From Candidatus Magasanikiibacteriota bacterium (GTDB lineage: Bacteria > Patescibacteriota > Patescibacteriia > Magasanikbacterales > GWA2-37-8), in contig JAHFHX010000007.1 of NCBI GenBank assembly GCA_023246655.1, forward strand, positions 1 to 51,421: DNA of 51,421 nucleotides, given 5' to 3'. The notes below the pieces were generated by a model that was not told the DNA's origin, did no database searches, and was given only the letters and a program-made list of their open reading frames with translations. The position numbers and the translations under genes were made by a program. Positions 1-12,200 of this stretch are shown here, in pieces; the first letter of the stretch is position 1; each line of letters opens with the position of its first letter.

Positions 1-2
1 TC

Positions 3-551
3 AAAAAGAGAATTAAGAATGAAGAATCAATTTCCAAATCAAAAGTCACAAATCTTAAATCTAAAATTCTGGTGATGGACCCCGCGGGCAAAAAGTTTGA
101 TCAGCGGATGGCGGAGAAATATTCGAAGCTCGATCGTTTGGTTTTTATTTGTGGACGCTATGAGGGGTTTGATGCGCGGATTTATAAACTGGCGGATGAA
201 CGGGTGTCGGTGGGGGATTATGTTTTGGCAGGAGGAGAATTGCCGGCGTTGACGATTGTTGAAGCTGTATCGCGCTTGATTCCGGGGGTGTTAGGGAATG
301 AGGAGTCATTGAAGGAAGAGACGTTTGGGCGAAAATCACAAATCCAAAATTACAAATCCCAAATAAATCCAAAATTACAAATCCCAAATAAATCCAAAAA
401 TTTGGAGTTTGGAATTTGGAGTTTGGAATTTAATAAGGAGTATCCTCAATACACGCGACCAGAAAATTTTATGGGGATGAAGGTGCCGGAAGTTTTATTG
501 TCGGGGGATCATAAAAAGATTGAGGAGTGGAGGAGAAAGATGCAAAAATAA
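3..551 (+). CDS. trmD: tRNA (guanine37-N1)-methyltransferase, 5'-truncated by window edge
   Basis: Motifs ICGRYEGFD, SVGDYVLAGGELPA, EYPQYTRP, VPEVLLSGDH; frame open back to position 3. Confidence 0.96.
   Translation, partial: KKRIKNEESISKSKVTNLKSKILVMDPAGKKFDQRMAEKYSKLDRLVFICGRYEGFDARIYKLADERVSVGDYVLAGGELPALTIVEAVSRLIPGVLGNEESLKEETFGRKSQIQNYKSQINPKLQIPNKSKNLEFGIWSLEFNKEYPQYTRPENFMGMKVPEVLLSGDHKKIEEWRRKMQK
333..431. repeat. Heptamer-periodic imperfect palindrome inserted in-frame in trmD
   Basis: aaatcac/aaatcca/aaattac/aaatccc units followed by complementary tttggag/tttggaa units; translates SQIQNYKSQINPKLQIPNKSKNLEFGIWSLEF. Confidence 0.8.
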
Positions 552-557
552 AAAAGC

Positions 558-635
558 AAAATGAAAAGTTACAATGTAAAATTTAAAATTTTGATTTTTG
601 AACTGTAATTTTTCGTTTTTAATTTTACATTTTTC
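558..635. repeat. AT-rich imperfect palindrome between trmD and the HD gene
   Basis: aaaatgaaaagttacaatgtaaaattt ... tgtaatttttcgtttttaattttacatttt. Confidence 0.55.
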
Positions 636-638
636 ATT

Positions 639-1211
639 ATGTCATTAAAACCCATCGCCAATTTTCTCTACGAAGTCGGCATGCTCAACCGCACGCCGCG
701 TAGTGGTTTTCAATTTTTGGGGAGCGGTGAGCAAAGTGTTGCTGAGCATTCGCTCCGCACCGCCTATATTAGTTATGTTCTTGGGATGCTTGATGGTACG
801 GTGGACGTTGGACGAATGATGAAGATGGCGCTCCTGCATGATTTTGGCGAAGCACGAGTGTCAGATTTAAATCATGTCCACCAAAAATACGCCGAGCGTC
901 GGCAGCTGGAAGCAGTAAAAGAGGTGGCGGCGACGTTACCATTTGGAAATGATATTGTCGCGAGCTGCACTGAACAGGAAGAGAAAAAAACACCGGAAGC
1001 GATTTTGGTAAAAGATGCGGACACACTCGAGTGGATTATCTCTCTTAAAGAACAAGTGGATATTGGCAACGAGCGCGCTACCACCTGGATTGAGTATGCG
1101 CGGAAGAAATTAAAAACTGAAATTGCCCGTAAACTGGTAGAAGAAATTTTGAATACGGACTCCAATGAATGGTGGGGTGGGCAGGCCGGAGGCGAGTGGT
1201 GGGGACGATAG
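639..1211 (+). CDS. HD-domain phosphohydrolase (YfbR/HDDC2-like)
   Basis: RSGF..G...QSVAEHS, ALLHDFGEAR.SD, VKDADTLE motifs. Confidence 0.85.
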   Translation: MSLKPIANFLYEVGMLNRTPRSGFQFLGSGEQSVAEHSLRTAYISYVLGMLDGTVDVGRMMKMALLHDFGEARVSDLNHVHQKYAERRQLEAVKEVAATLPFGNDIVASCTEQEEKKTPEAILVKDADTLEWIISLKEQVDIGNERATTWIEYARKKLKTEIARKLVEEILNTDSNEWWGGQAGGEWWGR

Positions 1212-1303
1212 TCGAAAGTCAAAAGTCTATAAAGTCCTTAAAGTCCGTGAGGTCGCCAATTCACGACTTTACGGACTTTTGACTTTCGACTTTACAGACT
1301 TTG
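1211..1303. repeat. TAAAGTC-family palindromic element
   Basis: aaagtc units then gacttt units; arms identical to the 16S insertion at 3131-3216. Confidence 0.85.
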
Positions 1304-1322
1304 TTTATCCACACGTTCAGGC

Positions 1323-1351
1323 TTGACAAGGTTTTGAGAAAAGGCTACTAT
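1323..1351 (+). promoter_or_regulatory. Sigma70 promoter for the 16S transcript
   Basis: TTGACA-17-TACTAT; DnaA-box-like TTATCCACA at 1305-1313. Confidence 0.75.
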
Positions 1352-1630
1352 GTGGAAGCGAAATTAACCCAATTACCGGCACTTACATATCTCTCTACAA
1401 TTTAGATTCTGCTAAGTCTAGAAAGAGTCGCTCCCGAATGTAAATCGGGATCTCAGTTTCGGCTTCAAGAAACTAGCAAGAAGAAAGAGTAACCAAATTT
1501 CAGGTTCCTCTTTTTTCTTTCCCGCTCACAGCGGGTCCGCCTTGGGCGGATTATAACCACGGATCTTAGATTCACAGATTGACACTGATCGGTGTTGATC
1601 TGTGATAAAAAATCAGTGGTTCATTGACAA

Positions 1631-1649
1631 CACTAACGTGACAAAGACC
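1631..1649 (+). other. 5' arm of the 16S processing stem (pairs with 3832-3850)
   Basis: cactaacgtgacaaagacc is the exact reverse complement of ggtctttgtcacgttagtg. Confidence 0.85.
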
Positions 1650-1863
1650 ACAACCCCGTCAAGTCGCTTCGGCGACCACGGGGCAAAAAAGTCTATCTTT
1701 TGAGTAAGGCTCCATTTTGAGTAAGTGGAGTACACTCAACAAAAAATAATAAATCCAAAACTTCCAGAATTCATGTCTGGGAGATTGAATTCTCTACGAT
1801 GAGTTGAATCTTTTTCTGCTCCGTCATTGCGACTGGGCTCAAAAATGATTCGCTAGACTCATC

Positions 1864-3706
<1,843 letters not shown>

Positions 3707-3861
3707 TGGAGATACTCAGTGGAAACACTGTGATTCTTCTGTCGACATCTTCTGATCTTCCTGATCAAGGATGAATTCTTAATAGTCCCGACTCAGTCGG
3801 GAGACTATAAGAAGACATAAAGAGATAGACCGGTCTTTGTCACGTTAGTGAAGTTAAATGC

Positions 3862-3890
3862 AAAGCTCGCTTGAAAAAGCGAGTTTTTTG
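3862..3890 (+). terminator. Intrinsic terminator after 16S
   Basis: aaagctcgctt-gaa-aaagcgagtttttt. Confidence 0.8.
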
Positions 3891-4043
3891 TTACTGGCCT
3901 GAGAGAATGACGAGCTCACTTATGGCCAACGAAGGTATTTTTATTGGTAATAAAAATTCCGTCGCATGACGAGGTTGTTACCGTACTTGATTTTTTTATT
4001 CAGTTTGATATACTTGTTTTTGTTTGAAAAATATTGTAAAATA

Positions 4044-4095
4044 GGGCGACTAGCTCAGTTTTCGCCACAGGCGGACCCGCCTTTGGCGGGGGTTA
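4044..4095 (+). pseudogene. tRNA 5' fragment interrupted in the D-loop by a palindrome
   Basis: gggcgactagctcagtt [ttcgccacaggcggacccgcctttggcggg] ggtta, with no anticodon or T arm. Confidence 0.6.
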
Positions 4096-4098
4096 CAT

Positions 4099-4175
4099 GG
4101 GTCTATAGCTCAGCTGGTTAGAGCGCGTCGTTGACATCGACGAGGTCGACCGTTCAAGTCGGTCTAGACCCACCA
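4099..4175 (+). tRNA. tRNA-Val(GAC)
   Basis: Acceptor gggtcta/tagaccc, anticodon arm cgtcg-ttGACat-cgacg, T loop gttcaag, CCA encoded. Confidence 0.95.
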
Positions 4176-4191
4176 AGCGCAATTTAGAATT

Positions 4192-4258
4192 ATAAAGTTA
4201 TAAAGTCCATAAAGTCACAGTTGACTTTACGACTTTGGACTTTACGGACTTTTCAGAC
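4192..4258. repeat. TAAAGTC-family palindromic element between the tRNAs
   Basis: ataaagttataaagtccataaagtcac ... gactttacgactttggactttacggactttt. Confidence 0.8.
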
Positions 4259-4265
4259 TGACAAC

Positions 4266-4339
4266 GGGCATGTAGCTCAGATGGTTAGAGCGCGTCACTG
4301 ATAATGACGAGGTCCCAAGTTCGATTCTTGGCATGCCCA
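4266..4339 (+). tRNA. tRNA-Ile(GAT)
   Basis: Acceptor gggcatg/catgccc, anticodon arm cgtca-ctGATaa-tgacg; CCA not encoded. Confidence 0.95.
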
Positions 4340-4350
4340 CATGTGATAGT

Positions 4351-4382
4351 TTCCGCCACAGGCGGACCCGCCTTTGGCGGAA
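4351..4382. repeat. Short GC palindrome (related copies at about 1520-1550 and 4061-4090)
   Basis: ttccgccacaggcggacccgcctttggcggaa. Confidence 0.75.
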
Positions 4383-4616
4383 AAAGTCTATAAAGTCATT
4401 GAAGCGGGATTGTGATCCCGCTTTATTTCTTATGTCCCAACTAAAATTGAAAAAACTTGTCTTTAGCGAACAAGAAATCAATTGGACAACGAAATCGTTG
4501 TTTTTTGATTTTTTGCGCTTACGCGCAAGGCGCTGGTTTGCCAAAACCATTTTTTTCCTGTAGAGTATTGGTTGTTACCCTGTGGACAACCACCGGCAGT
4601 TGAATATATTTTTATT

Positions 4617-5219
4617 ATGGAATCTGAAAACAAATCCCCTTCGTTAAAATGGCTTGGGCGCGGGCTTGGTGCCGCTGGTCTTTTTATTTTGGAACTCATT
4701 AAAGTAGCAGTATTAGCTGGAATTACCATTGCGCTCGTGCGCTATTATTTATTTAAGCCTTTTTATGTGAAAGGCGCTTCCATGGAACCAAATTTTCATG
4801 ATCATGAATACCTTATCATTGATGAACTCAGTTATCGTTTCCGACCTATTGAACGAGGTGAAGTAATTGTGTTTAAGAATCCAAATAATCCTAAAGAATA
4901 TTTTTTGAAACGCATTATTGGGCTCCCTGGTGAACGGGTAAAGGTGGCAGAAGGTCAAGTAACAGTTTATAATGAAGCGCATCCTGAGGGAACAGAACTT
5001 CATGAAATATATTTGCCCAAGGATTTATTGACGGTTGGGGAAAAGGTAACGGTCTTGAAAGATAATCAATATTTTGTGCTCGGTGATAATCGCGACAATA
5101 GTTATGATTCCCGGCGTTTCGGATCAATTGATCGTAGTCTCATTGTGGGGCGTACCTGGTTTCGCGGTTGGCCGCTGAGTCGGATGCAAGTGTTTAAGGT
5201 TCCCGTATTTAATTTTTAA
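4617..5219 (+). CDS. lepB: Signal peptidase I
   Basis: GASMEPNF, FLKRIIGLPGE, GDNRDNSYDSR; N-terminal TM; ATG 4617 preferred. Confidence 0.95.
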   Translation: MESENKSPSLKWLGRGLGAAGLFILELIKVAVLAGITIALVRYYLFKPFYVKGASMEPNFHDHEYLIIDELSYRFRPIERGEVIVFKNPNNPKEYFLKRIIGLPGERVKVAEGQVTVYNEAHPEGTELHEIYLPKDLLTVGEKVTVLKDNQYFVLGDNRDNSYDSRRFGSIDRSLIVGRTWFRGWPLSRMQVFKVPVFNF

Positions 5220-5248
5220 ATACAAATTTAATCTGCGTAATTTGTGCT

Positions 5249-6658
5249 ATGAAAAAGAAAATTAAAAGTAAAAAGATAACCACCAAGCCGCTCAAACGGG
5301 AATCAAAGAATGCTCATGAGACTCCTTCCAAAGTGGATGTCAGTATCGAAGCAGGTGCCGGAGCAAAAGGAAAACGTGCCTTTTCACTTATTAGAGGTAT
5401 GCATGACATTCTGCCGCGCGAAGAGCGTTATTGGAAATCTTTTTTTCATCGGGCCGAACAGTTAGCAGATTATTTTCAATTTGGGCGACTAGAGACGCCG
5501 CTCTTAGAGGAGGCGAGTTTATTTGTGCGATCATTAGGACGCGGTACTGATGTGGTAGAAAAGGAAATGTACATTTTTGAAGATCGTGATGGTACACGAG
5601 TCGCTCTACGACCTGAAGCGACAGCCTCGGCAGTTCGGGCTTATATCATGCACGGTTTATGGAATACGCCACAGCCAGTAAAGTTTTGGTATTATGGGCC
5701 AATGTTTCGTCACGATCGTCCACAGGCCGGACGTTTTCGAGAATTTTTTCAGCTTGGTTTCGAGACCATCGGCGCACTTGATCCGGCGGTTGACGCCGAA
5801 TTACTGCTTGTAGCGTATACCATGTATCATGACCTTGGTTTGCCAATCGAATTACGAATTAATAGTATTGGCACCAAGCCTGAGCGCGAACGTTATAGTA
5901 ATGAGCTTACTAATTATTATCGCAGCAAGCGGAGTTACCTGTGTGAGCACTGTCGAATGCGTCTTACTAAGAATCCGCTCCGTCTTTTGGATTGCAAAGA
6001 AGAGCAATGTCAGCCCGTTAAAGAAACCGCGCCACAAATTATTGATTGGTTGGAAGAGTCGTCAAAAAGTTATTTTATGAAGGTGCTCGAGTATTTGGAT
6101 GAACTTAGTATCCCCTATCTTCTCGATCCGTACTTGGTACGAGGATTAGATTCCTATACCCATACCGTGTTTGAACTGTATCCGGTGGGGGGAACGGCCG
6201 GGGCCCAGAGCGAACTCGGTGGTGGTGGACGCTATGATGGACTTATTGAGGAAATGGGAGGAAAAACAACACCGGCGGCTGGGTTTGCTCTTGGCATGGA
6301 ACGCTCCGTTAGTTATCTTAAGCAGCGGGTAGAAGAAGGCGCTTTGGTGCTTCCCGAGGTAGGTCACCACATTTTTTTTGCTCAGCTCGGTGAGGAAGCC
6401 CGACGACGGTCGCTCAAGGTTATTAATGAGCTTCGGAAAAGTGGCATCCGCATTGCCTTTAACTTTTTTAAGAATTCATTAAAAAGCCAATTAGAGCTTG
6501 CGCACAATCTTAAGGTTCCCTTTGTCCTTATTCTCGGTCAAAAGGAGGTTCAAGATACTACCGTCATTATTCGCGATATGGAATCAGGTGTCCAAGAAAT
6601 TGTTGATCAGAAGAAGATTGAAAGTGTGTTAAAGAAAAAGCTTGGCTTAAGTGCTTAA
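5249..6658 (+). CDS. hisS: Histidine--tRNA ligase
   Basis: RGMHD, LRPEAT, MFRHDRPQAGRFREF, LVRGLDSY, GGGRYD, GFALGMER. Confidence 0.97.
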   Translation: MKKKIKSKKITTKPLKRESKNAHETPSKVDVSIEAGAGAKGKRAFSLIRGMHDILPREERYWKSFFHRAEQLADYFQFGRLETPLLEEASLFVRSLGRGTDVVEKEMYIFEDRDGTRVALRPEATASAVRAYIMHGLWNTPQPVKFWYYGPMFRHDRPQAGRFREFFQLGFETIGALDPAVDAELLLVAYTMYHDLGLPIELRINSIGTKPERERYSNELTNYYRSKRSYLCEHCRMRLTKNPLRLLDCKEEQCQPVKETAPQIIDWLEESSKSYFMKVLEYLDELSIPYLLDPYLVRGLDSYTHTVFELYPVGGTAGAQSELGGGGRYDGLIEEMGGKTTPAAGFALGMERSVSYLKQRVEEGALVLPEVGHHIFFAQLGEEARRRSLKVINELRKSGIRIAFNFFKNSLKSQLELAHNLKVPFVLILGQKEVQDTTVIIRDMESGVQEIVDQKKIESVLKKKLGLSA

Positions 6659-6687
6659 ATAATAAGTTTTAAGTAAATCTTGAGCAT

Positions 6688-6716
6688 TTGACGATATCGG
6701 AGCGGGGCGGTATACT
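6688..6716 (+). promoter_or_regulatory. Sigma70 promoter for rpsU
   Basis: TTGACG-17-TATACT. Confidence 0.6.
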
Positions 6717-6766
6717 ATACTTAGTAATAATTCATATTTAATCTTAAGAAACGGGGGTGAATTAGT

Positions 6767-7012
6767 GTGACAGAAATTAAGCGTCGTAAGACTGAGTCAT
6801 TCGAGGCTTTCATGCGTCGCGTTAAAAGACGTTGGCAACAATCAGGAAAAATTTTACAAGTCAAGAAGATTCGTTTCTTTACTGGCCAAAAGAGTAAAAA
6901 TATGCGCCGCCGCAGTGCGTTGCATCGCTTAGCTATGGCCGAGAAGATTACCTATCTCAAAAAGATCGGGCGCCTCCCTGAGGAGTTCGTGAAAAAAGGA
7001 GGTAAACGCTAG
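6767..7012 (+). CDS. rpsU: 30S ribosomal protein bS21
   Basis: Small basic protein, ESFEAFMRRVKR pattern, SD gggggtga before GTG. Confidence 0.8.
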   Translation: MTEIKRRKTESFEAFMRRVKRRWQQSGKILQVKKIRFFTGQKSKNMRRRSALHRLAMAEKITYLKKIGRLPEEFVKKGGKR

Positions 7013-7033
7013 AACATAAAGCGTAATTTTTAT

Positions 7034-9271
7034 TTGAATTACTGCATGCCGTGGAGTACTTCGATGAGAAAATCCAGTAGCTTGTCATGGTTATTTTCTC
7101 CAACGAAGTTTGGTAGAATTTTTTATTTCTTTATAGTAGGGCGCATATTGTGCCTCCACCAACCGGCAGCGCAACCGGCATCCTCTGAAAAAAATAAACG
7201 ACGTCACTATTCTGCTCGTGTAAAGCGTTGGGCAGTACTCGTGGCGTCGTTTTGTTATATGGTGATTATGTTTGGGTATACTCCATTGTCGGTTCAAGCC
7301 CAAACTTCCGACCTTCAACAAGGTGTCCAGATAATCCAGCAGCCGCTCGGTCTGCCTGCTACTGATATTCGTATTATAATTGCGCAAATAATTCGGGTCG
7401 CCTTAGGTTTGCTCGGCATTGTTTTATTGGTAATTGTCCTCTATGGCGGTTATCTATGGATGACGTCTGGTGGTAATGAAGAAAAGATCGGTGAGGCCAA
7501 AAAAATTGTTGTCAATTCGAGTATTGGTTTGGCTATTATTCTGAGCGCTTTTACCATTGTGAGCTTTATTTTAAAATTGCTCGGAGTGCCCGGCGGCGTT
7601 GGCTTGGGTGGTGAGGTTGGGGGCCCAGGAACTCAGAATTTTCAGGGGAGCGGAGCGTTGGGAGGAATTATTCGCGATCACTATCCCACGCGGGATCAAA
7701 AAGATGTGCCGCGCAACACCAAGATCATTATAACGTTCCGTAAGCCCATTCTCCTCACCGCGGATTGGGTAGCGGAAAAAGGTGATGATGGAAAATTAGG
7801 AACCTGTGTGTTGGGCGGTGGAAACATTGATTGGGAAAATAAATGCGATCAAATTAAAAACATTGCTGATGGTCAATTTTTGAGCATCACCCGCTCTGAT
7901 ACCGGGCAGCCAATTCGTGGTGCTAATATTCTGGCTGCGTTTGAAAATAATAAAATTTATACTATTGTAGTGCGTCCCCTTGATACCTTGGGGAGCGATA
8001 CTGATAATGTATCCTACCGCGTCCACCTGGGCAAAGGAATTCTCTTAGATGATCCAGCGAACAATAATCCGCCCGCCTTTAACCGTAGCGTGTTGGGCAA
8101 CGATTATTACGAATGGCAATTTACCTGCAATACGACTTTGGACCGTACCCCACCGTATGTCGTGAGCGTTTTTCCCGCTGCTCGCACTCGTGAGGTCAAA
8201 AATAGTGTTATTCAAATTGATTTCAGCGAGCCGGTTGATCCCATTGGCCTGCAGGGGGCATTTTCTGACACCCAAGACAACAATAACAGTTTTGTTGTCG
8301 ACGGCAATACCGTGTATCTTAAGAGTGCTTATAGCACCAAGCCGACGGGCACCTTCCGCCTAAGCAATGGTTACCGAACCTTGGAATTTACACCCGATAA
8401 ACAATGTGGTGTCAATGCTTGCGGTGGAAAAATTTTCTGTTTGCCCGTGTGTGATGGACCAAATGCAAACTGCCCAGCTGACCCCGTAAAGCAAGATACC
8501 TACGAGGTTCTCCTGCGCGCCGCTCAGACGGTGAGTAAAAATTCTTTTGAAGCTATTCCATTCTCTGGAGCAATGGACCTTTCGGGGAACGCTCTTGATG
8601 GTAATAAAAATAGTCAGGTAGAATCAGCCACCACAACGCTTCCGGTATTTCCTACCTGGAAACAACCCGATAATTTTTTCTGGACATTTATTTTAAAAGA
8701 TGAACTTGATATAACGTCACCGTATATTGCTAAAATTGCACCCGGGTTAGATGGGGAGTTTGTGGGGGCTCGTGATCCGTGGCAAATAATTATGAGCAAA
8801 CGGCTTCGAGTGGAATCAATTTATGATATTGGCATTGAAGAAAAACCTAGTCCTCGCGATCGCGGTGATAATATCCCCTTATGCAAACTTCCCCGTGCTT
8901 GGTTTAATATTGATGGCAGCACTCAGGTGATTATGGACCACTGCCCATTTTTGGATAAAATTCGTCAATATTATTTCCCCGTTGTCTCATCTTCAATTGA
9001 AGATGCGCATTTTAATTGTTTATATCCAGCACTTGGTCCGGGAGATAAAGGGAATAACGGAAATAAAGCCGGTGGCACTAGTTTTTGGAGTAATCAAGGG
9101 GGGGCTCATCGCAGCGAATCGTTAACATGTGATGGTGGCAATCCGGCGGTATGTTGTCCGGTAAGTTCCAGTTCGCCCGGGGCTGCCTTCTGTTGTAATG
9201 GGTTGGCGAACGTTCTTGATGCTACCACCACGCCTCGTTGTTTACAACAACTACGGGGTGATAGTTTATAA
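7034..9271 (+). CDS. Surface protein: TrbC/VirB2-pilin-like membrane domain plus Ig-like (Big_5-type) domains; true start probably downstream of 7034
   Basis: YGGYLWMTSGGNEEKIGEAKKIV...GLAIILSAF; HYPTRDQKDVPRNTKIIITF; VFPAARTREVKNSVIQIDFSEPVD; Cys-rich C-terminus. Confidence 0.8.
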   Translation: MNYCMPWSTSMRKSSSLSWLFSPTKFGRIFYFFIVGRILCLHQPAAQPASSEKNKRRHYSARVKRWAVLVASFCYMVIMFGYTPLSVQAQTSDLQQGVQIIQQPLGLPATDIRIIIAQIIRVALGLLGIVLLVIVLYGGYLWMTSGGNEEKIGEAKKIVVNSSIGLAIILSAFTIVSFILKLLGVPGGVGLGGEVGGPGTQNFQGSGALGGIIRDHYPTRDQKDVPRNTKIIITFRKPILLTADWVAEKGDDGKLGTCVLGGGNIDWENKCDQIKNIADGQFLSITRSDTGQPIRGANILAAFENNKIYTIVVRPLDTLGSDTDNVSYRVHLGKGILLDDPANNNPPAFNRSVLGNDYYEWQFTCNTTLDRTPPYVVSVFPAARTREVKNSVIQIDFSEPVDPIGLQGAFSDTQDNNNSFVVDGNTVYLKSAYSTKPTGTFRLSNGYRTLEFTPDKQCGVNACGGKIFCLPVCDGPNANCPADPVKQDTYEVLLRAAQTVSKNSFEAIPFSGAMDLSGNALDGNKNSQVESATTTLPVFPTWKQPDNFFWTFILKDELDITSPYIAKIAPGLDGEFVGARDPWQIIMSKRLRVESIYDIGIEEKPSPRDRGDNIPLCKLPRAWFNIDGSTQVIMDHCPFLDKIRQYYFPVVSSSIEDAHFNCLYPALGPGDKGNNGNKAGGTSFWSNQGGAHRSESLTCDGGNPAVCCPVSSSSPGAAFCCNGLANVLDATTTPRCLQQLRGDSL

Positions 9272-9277
9272 GATACC

Positions 9278-12200
9278 GTGAAGTTTATTTTTGCTCACAT
9301 GTCTCAGTCAAAGCGTTTAGCACTCATCACCTTTCTTTTCACCCTTGTCATGGGCGGAGTTTTGATTGGCGCGACCTTTGCCATAGCGCAAGAGAAACCA
9401 CTAGATGTTGGGCTTACTCCCATCCAGCCGGCGCTTGGGCTAGCCGCATTTGATATTCGAATCGTGGTGGCAAAAATAATCCGCGCAGTTTTAGCGCTCC
9501 TCGGGCTCGTTGCGCTTGTTCTTATGCTGTATGCTGGTTATACCTGGATGACAGCCGCGGGCAATGAAGAAAAAATTGAACAAGCCAAAAAGATACTCGT
9601 AAACGCCACCATCGGCTTGGCGATTATATTTTCTTCCTACGCCATTGTCAGTTTTGTGATTGGCAAATTGGTAGAGGCTACCATACAAGGTCAAGGTGGC
9701 GGTGGGGGTGGCGGGGGAGGGAATAATCCATACTTTCCACGAGATGCTTTTTATGTTGACCAACTTCCAGCCGGTGGCAACGTTTGTATTCGCAATGTTC
9801 ACCCGGTGGTTGTTTTTAATCGCAATGTCGTACTGGATGATGGTCTACAGAAAAATATTATCATTGAAAAAGTCGGCGAGCCCGGTAAAGCGGTGCCAGG
9901 AACTTGGAGTTATGCCGATCAGAAAAACACCATTATCTTTGCAGCCCAGGGTGATTGTGGTGGTGGGCCAGCCGATTGTTTCGATGCTTCTACAACCTAC
10001 CGGTTAATTTTTAAAGACGTTAGTCAAATTAAGGCAGAGGGCAGCCCTGATCTTCTGCTTAACTGTTCCCTCAAAGCTAATTGTAAGAATCCAGTTATTT
10101 TTACCACGGGCGAAGGCGTGGATCGGCAGCCACCGACAATAAAATTTGATGCTCCTGATCCGAATACTCCACTGCCACTCGGTCCACCCGTCGCGGTAAA
10201 AATTTCTTTCACTGATGATAATGGTGTACAAAATATTGCCCTGCGGGCCGATGGCTTTTTTGTCGGCAGTCAATCAATTGGTGGTTGTCAGAAATCTGGT
10301 TCGGTAACTATTACTTGGCCAACCGCTTTTGTGGGTGCTGGCCTTCATAATCTGGATTCAACTGGTTATGATTGGGCTGCCAATAAGGGCACCGCTAATG
10401 TTAAAGTTACATTACGCCCCCCGCATTGTTTTAATGGGGTTAGGGATGAGGATGAAACGGGCCTTGACTGTGGTGGATCCTGTGGATCCTGCGGCGGGGA
10501 CAAATGTTCCCAGGACAGTGATTGTTCCAGCGGCTATTGCGAGGCCGGAGTATGCGTCAATCGAATGCGTATTACAAATGTCTCTCCGCTTTCGAGCGCG
10601 CCCGGGGATTATGTCACCGTTTCGGGATTATTTTTTGGTACCACCACGGGTAAAATTTACTTTGCCAGCACCTCAGTGCCCACCGCCCAAGATTGGGTGG
10701 AGGCAAAACTCGCTCAATGTATTGGGGCTCCTAAGTTCAATAATTGGATACCGTGGCAAATTCTTGTGGAAGCACCAGGGTTGAGCGCTGGCATAAAGGG
10801 GCCGGTAAGAGTTGTTACCGCTAGCACTACAGTAAATGGGGTGGAACGCAAATTTACCGATCAAACCAATGATAATTTTGGACCAGTTATTTCGGATTTT
10901 ACCTTTACTAATCAACCACGACCAAGCTTATGTGCCGCTATTCCAGAAACTGCGCCACCAGCTACCAGTATTGCACTTGTTGGTAAGAATTTGGGAACTT
11001 TGGGAGGCAAGAGTCAAATACTCTTTGGCACGAGCCGCGCTACCGTGAATGCGCTCACCAAAAACGGGCTTCCCAATTGGACACCTAACCTTATTAATGA
11101 AGTATTCGTACCACTTCTTGGTCCAAGCGTAGTGGGAATAGCTGCGTTTAATGCCGATGGTCTTGAAAGTAACGGTATTCGATTTATTGTTCAGGCTGGT
11201 ATCAGTGCTGATTCGCCAATTATTTCCAGTGTTACTCCTACTCAGGGGAGTCGCGGTGAGTATATCACTATTATGGGGAAGAATTTTGGCGTCGTTCCGG
11301 GTGATATTTTATTTGACGATCAAAAGAATCTTCCGATTAAAGGAAATTTTAGTTTTCCACCAGTGTGCGGTTCTAGTTATTGGCAGGACAACCAAATTGT
11401 AGTTAAGTTTGATCAGGAGCGAGGAGTTTTTGGAACTACCTATGTCGTGCGCGTTCAAACTGCCACCGGAAAAGTAAGTTTACCAGATAGCAATTATGCC
11501 TTTTCATTACAGCCCGGTCAACCTGGTCCAGGAATTTGTAGAATTGATCCGGTGTCTGGGCCGGTACCATTGGGAGTAGGACAGAAATTAATGTTATCGG
11601 GTGAATATTTTGGAACTGATCCAGTACCTTATTTTTGGAAACTGGGAGCCGATCCAAAAACCACGGCTGGACGAAGCCCTGGTGTTAAAACCACCACATC
11701 CACGAGGGACGGGGCTGATGAAGCATCAACTACACCCCAACTCGGTGCCATTAGTGGGCCGGTGGTTATTAGTCGAACAGAAGATAAAAAAATAAGTAAT
11801 CCGGTAAGCTTTACCGCTAATGACTGTACTAAGCAGGATACCTGCTCCACCCTGGGTGAGTATCGTTGTTGTAGTAGTGGCGTTGACGTTGGACTGTGTA
11901 AATTAAAGAGCGAACTCTGTGCCGGCGAGACTAGGGCCACCGCCTATGTATGGCGGTTTTCAACTCAAGATATTGTGGCTGTGCCTCGAGTGGTTGAACG
12001 CTGCAATAGCGCTACTGACGAAGGAAAAAATATTCCCACTCCGGCCCCTAACATTCAATGGGATGGTATTAATGATAACGGTGATCACCACCGTGTTTGT
12101 CGTAATGCAGTGGCGACGGTGGAATTTAGCACCACCATGGATCAAAATACCGTTAATAATACAACAGTATTACTCAAAAAATGTAAGGACGTTACCGGTA

